NCBI GenBank assembly: GCA_038040325.1
Contig: JBBPIM010000004.1
Location: 29,325 to 93,324 of the forward strand
DNA length: 64,000 nt
Origin: Candidatus Mayfieldus profundus
GTDB taxonomy: Bacteria > Actinomycetota > Thermoleophilia > Solirubrobacterales > 70-9
Direction of reading: 5' to 3'
The notes beneath the pieces are model-generated. The model saw nothing but the letters and a program-made list of their open reading frames with translations. It was not told the origin of the DNA and did no database searches. Made by a program: the position numbers and the translations under genes. Each line of letters begins with the position of its first letter. Positions within the stretch are counted from its first letter, which is position 1. Of this stretch, positions 63,455 to 64,000 are shown in pieces.

Positions 63455-64000
63455 ATGCGGCGGCCTTCCCTCGCCCTGATCCTCACCGGAGCCGCGCTGC
63501 TTTGCCTCGTCGCGCCTGCGTCGGGCGCGAAGCTCAAGGCCGGCGCCGGCCGCGCCGACATCCAGCCGCCGACCGGCTATTACATGATGGGCTGGGTCCG
63601 CTCGGACTCGAAGACGATCGGCCAGCACACCCGTCTGTTCGCCCGCGCGCTGGTGCTGAAGCGCGGCAAGCGCAAGGTGGCGCTGGTCGCAGAGGACCTC
63701 AACGCGATTCCCGGCGGGATGGTCCAGGACGCGACGGAGCTGCTGCATGACCGCGGCTTCTCGCCGCGCAACGTGATCGTTTCGGCCTCGCACACCCACG
63801 CCGGGCCGACCGGCTACTTCAACTACGGCACCTACAACACCGTCTTCCCCACCCTCTTCACGCCGGCCGACTTCAACATCGCCAATACGGCAGCCGACCC
63901 GCAGCTCTATGGCTTCATGGTCCGCCAGCTCGCGGCTGCGATCCGCCGCGCCGACGACGACCTGGCGCCGGCAACCGCAGGCTGGGGCGCGGCGCGGATC
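63455..64000 (+). CDS. neutral/alkaline ceramidase-like hydrolase, N-terminal part (runs off window)
   Basis: Not in the ORF track because there is no stop inside the window. From the ATG at 63455 I translated 182 codons without a stop. They show a signal peptide 'MRRPSLALILTGAALLCLVAPASGA', then 'AGAGRADIQPPTGYYMMGW', 'HTRLFARALVL' and 'VIVSASHTHAGPTGY', the neutral ceramidase N-terminal signature. Confidence 0.65.
   Translation, partial: MRRPSLALILTGAALLCLVAPASGAKLKAGAGRADIQPPTGYYMMGWVRSDSKTIGQHTRLFARALVLKRGKRKVALVAEDLNAIPGGMVQDATELLHDRGFSPRNVIVSASHTHAGPTGYFNYGTYNTVFPTLFTPADFNIANTAADPQLYGFMVRQLAAAIRRADDDLAPATAGWGAARI

Noticed and set aside
1-64000. Search for rRNA, tRNA, CRISPR arrays, IS elements/transposases, integrases, and toxin-antitoxin or other defence cassettes
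   Set aside because: I saw no cloverleaf-like or rRNA-like segments in the short intergenic regions, no regularly spaced direct repeats and no transposase or integrase motifs in any frame. The only mobile-like hint is the DUF559 gene with its adjacent 49-bp duplication. A tRNAscan/Infernal run would be needed to be certain.

Overview
High-GC (about 70% by eye) bacterial chromosome segment, probably Actinomycetota. The protein styles (RTX-tailed hydrolases, DUF559, the carD-ispD-ispF and radA-disA neighbourhood) suggest a Thermoleophilia/Solirubrobacterales-like organism, but this is a low-confidence guess. I ran no searches, so every family call is by-eye motif recognition on the supplied ORF translations. 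I re-picked starts by hand, because the ORF track often extends real genes upstream and lists many long antisense ORFs typical of high-GC DNA. Region 1-25 kb is mostly housekeeping or ordinary genes: acyltransferase, SRPBCC, SnoaL-like, acyl-CoA synthetase, ispF, a PHP phosphatase, an MBL hydrolase, DUF559, ispD, carD, disA, NAD-formate dehydrogenase, radA, two secreted alpha/beta hydrolases with RTX-like tails, an aldo-keto reductase, a secreted sialidase-like protein, a trypsin-like protease and a PAS-SARP regulator. Region 25.3-62.8 kb is the notable part, a roughly 37-kb mosaic envelope-glycan assembly island. It holds 17 GT-A/GT-B glycosyltransferase domains (including one GT2-GT4 fusion and two GT2-deacetylase fusions) and two GT-C-like polytopic membrane proteins, one of them coupled to a DUF1616-like protein. 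It also has a Wzm/Wzt ABC exporter whose Wzt carries a C-terminal extension, next to a kinase-like plus methyltransferase pair that looks like WbdD-style capping logic. Two paralogous GT2/flippase modules, three or four methyltransferases and three paralogous secreted GH26-like hydrolases complete it. Its first gene fuses a phosphoglycosyltransferase-type N-terminal membrane module to a DPM1-like GT2 domain through an (NGHAAT)n repeat. I recognised no rRNA, tRNA, CRISPR array, transposase or integrase.
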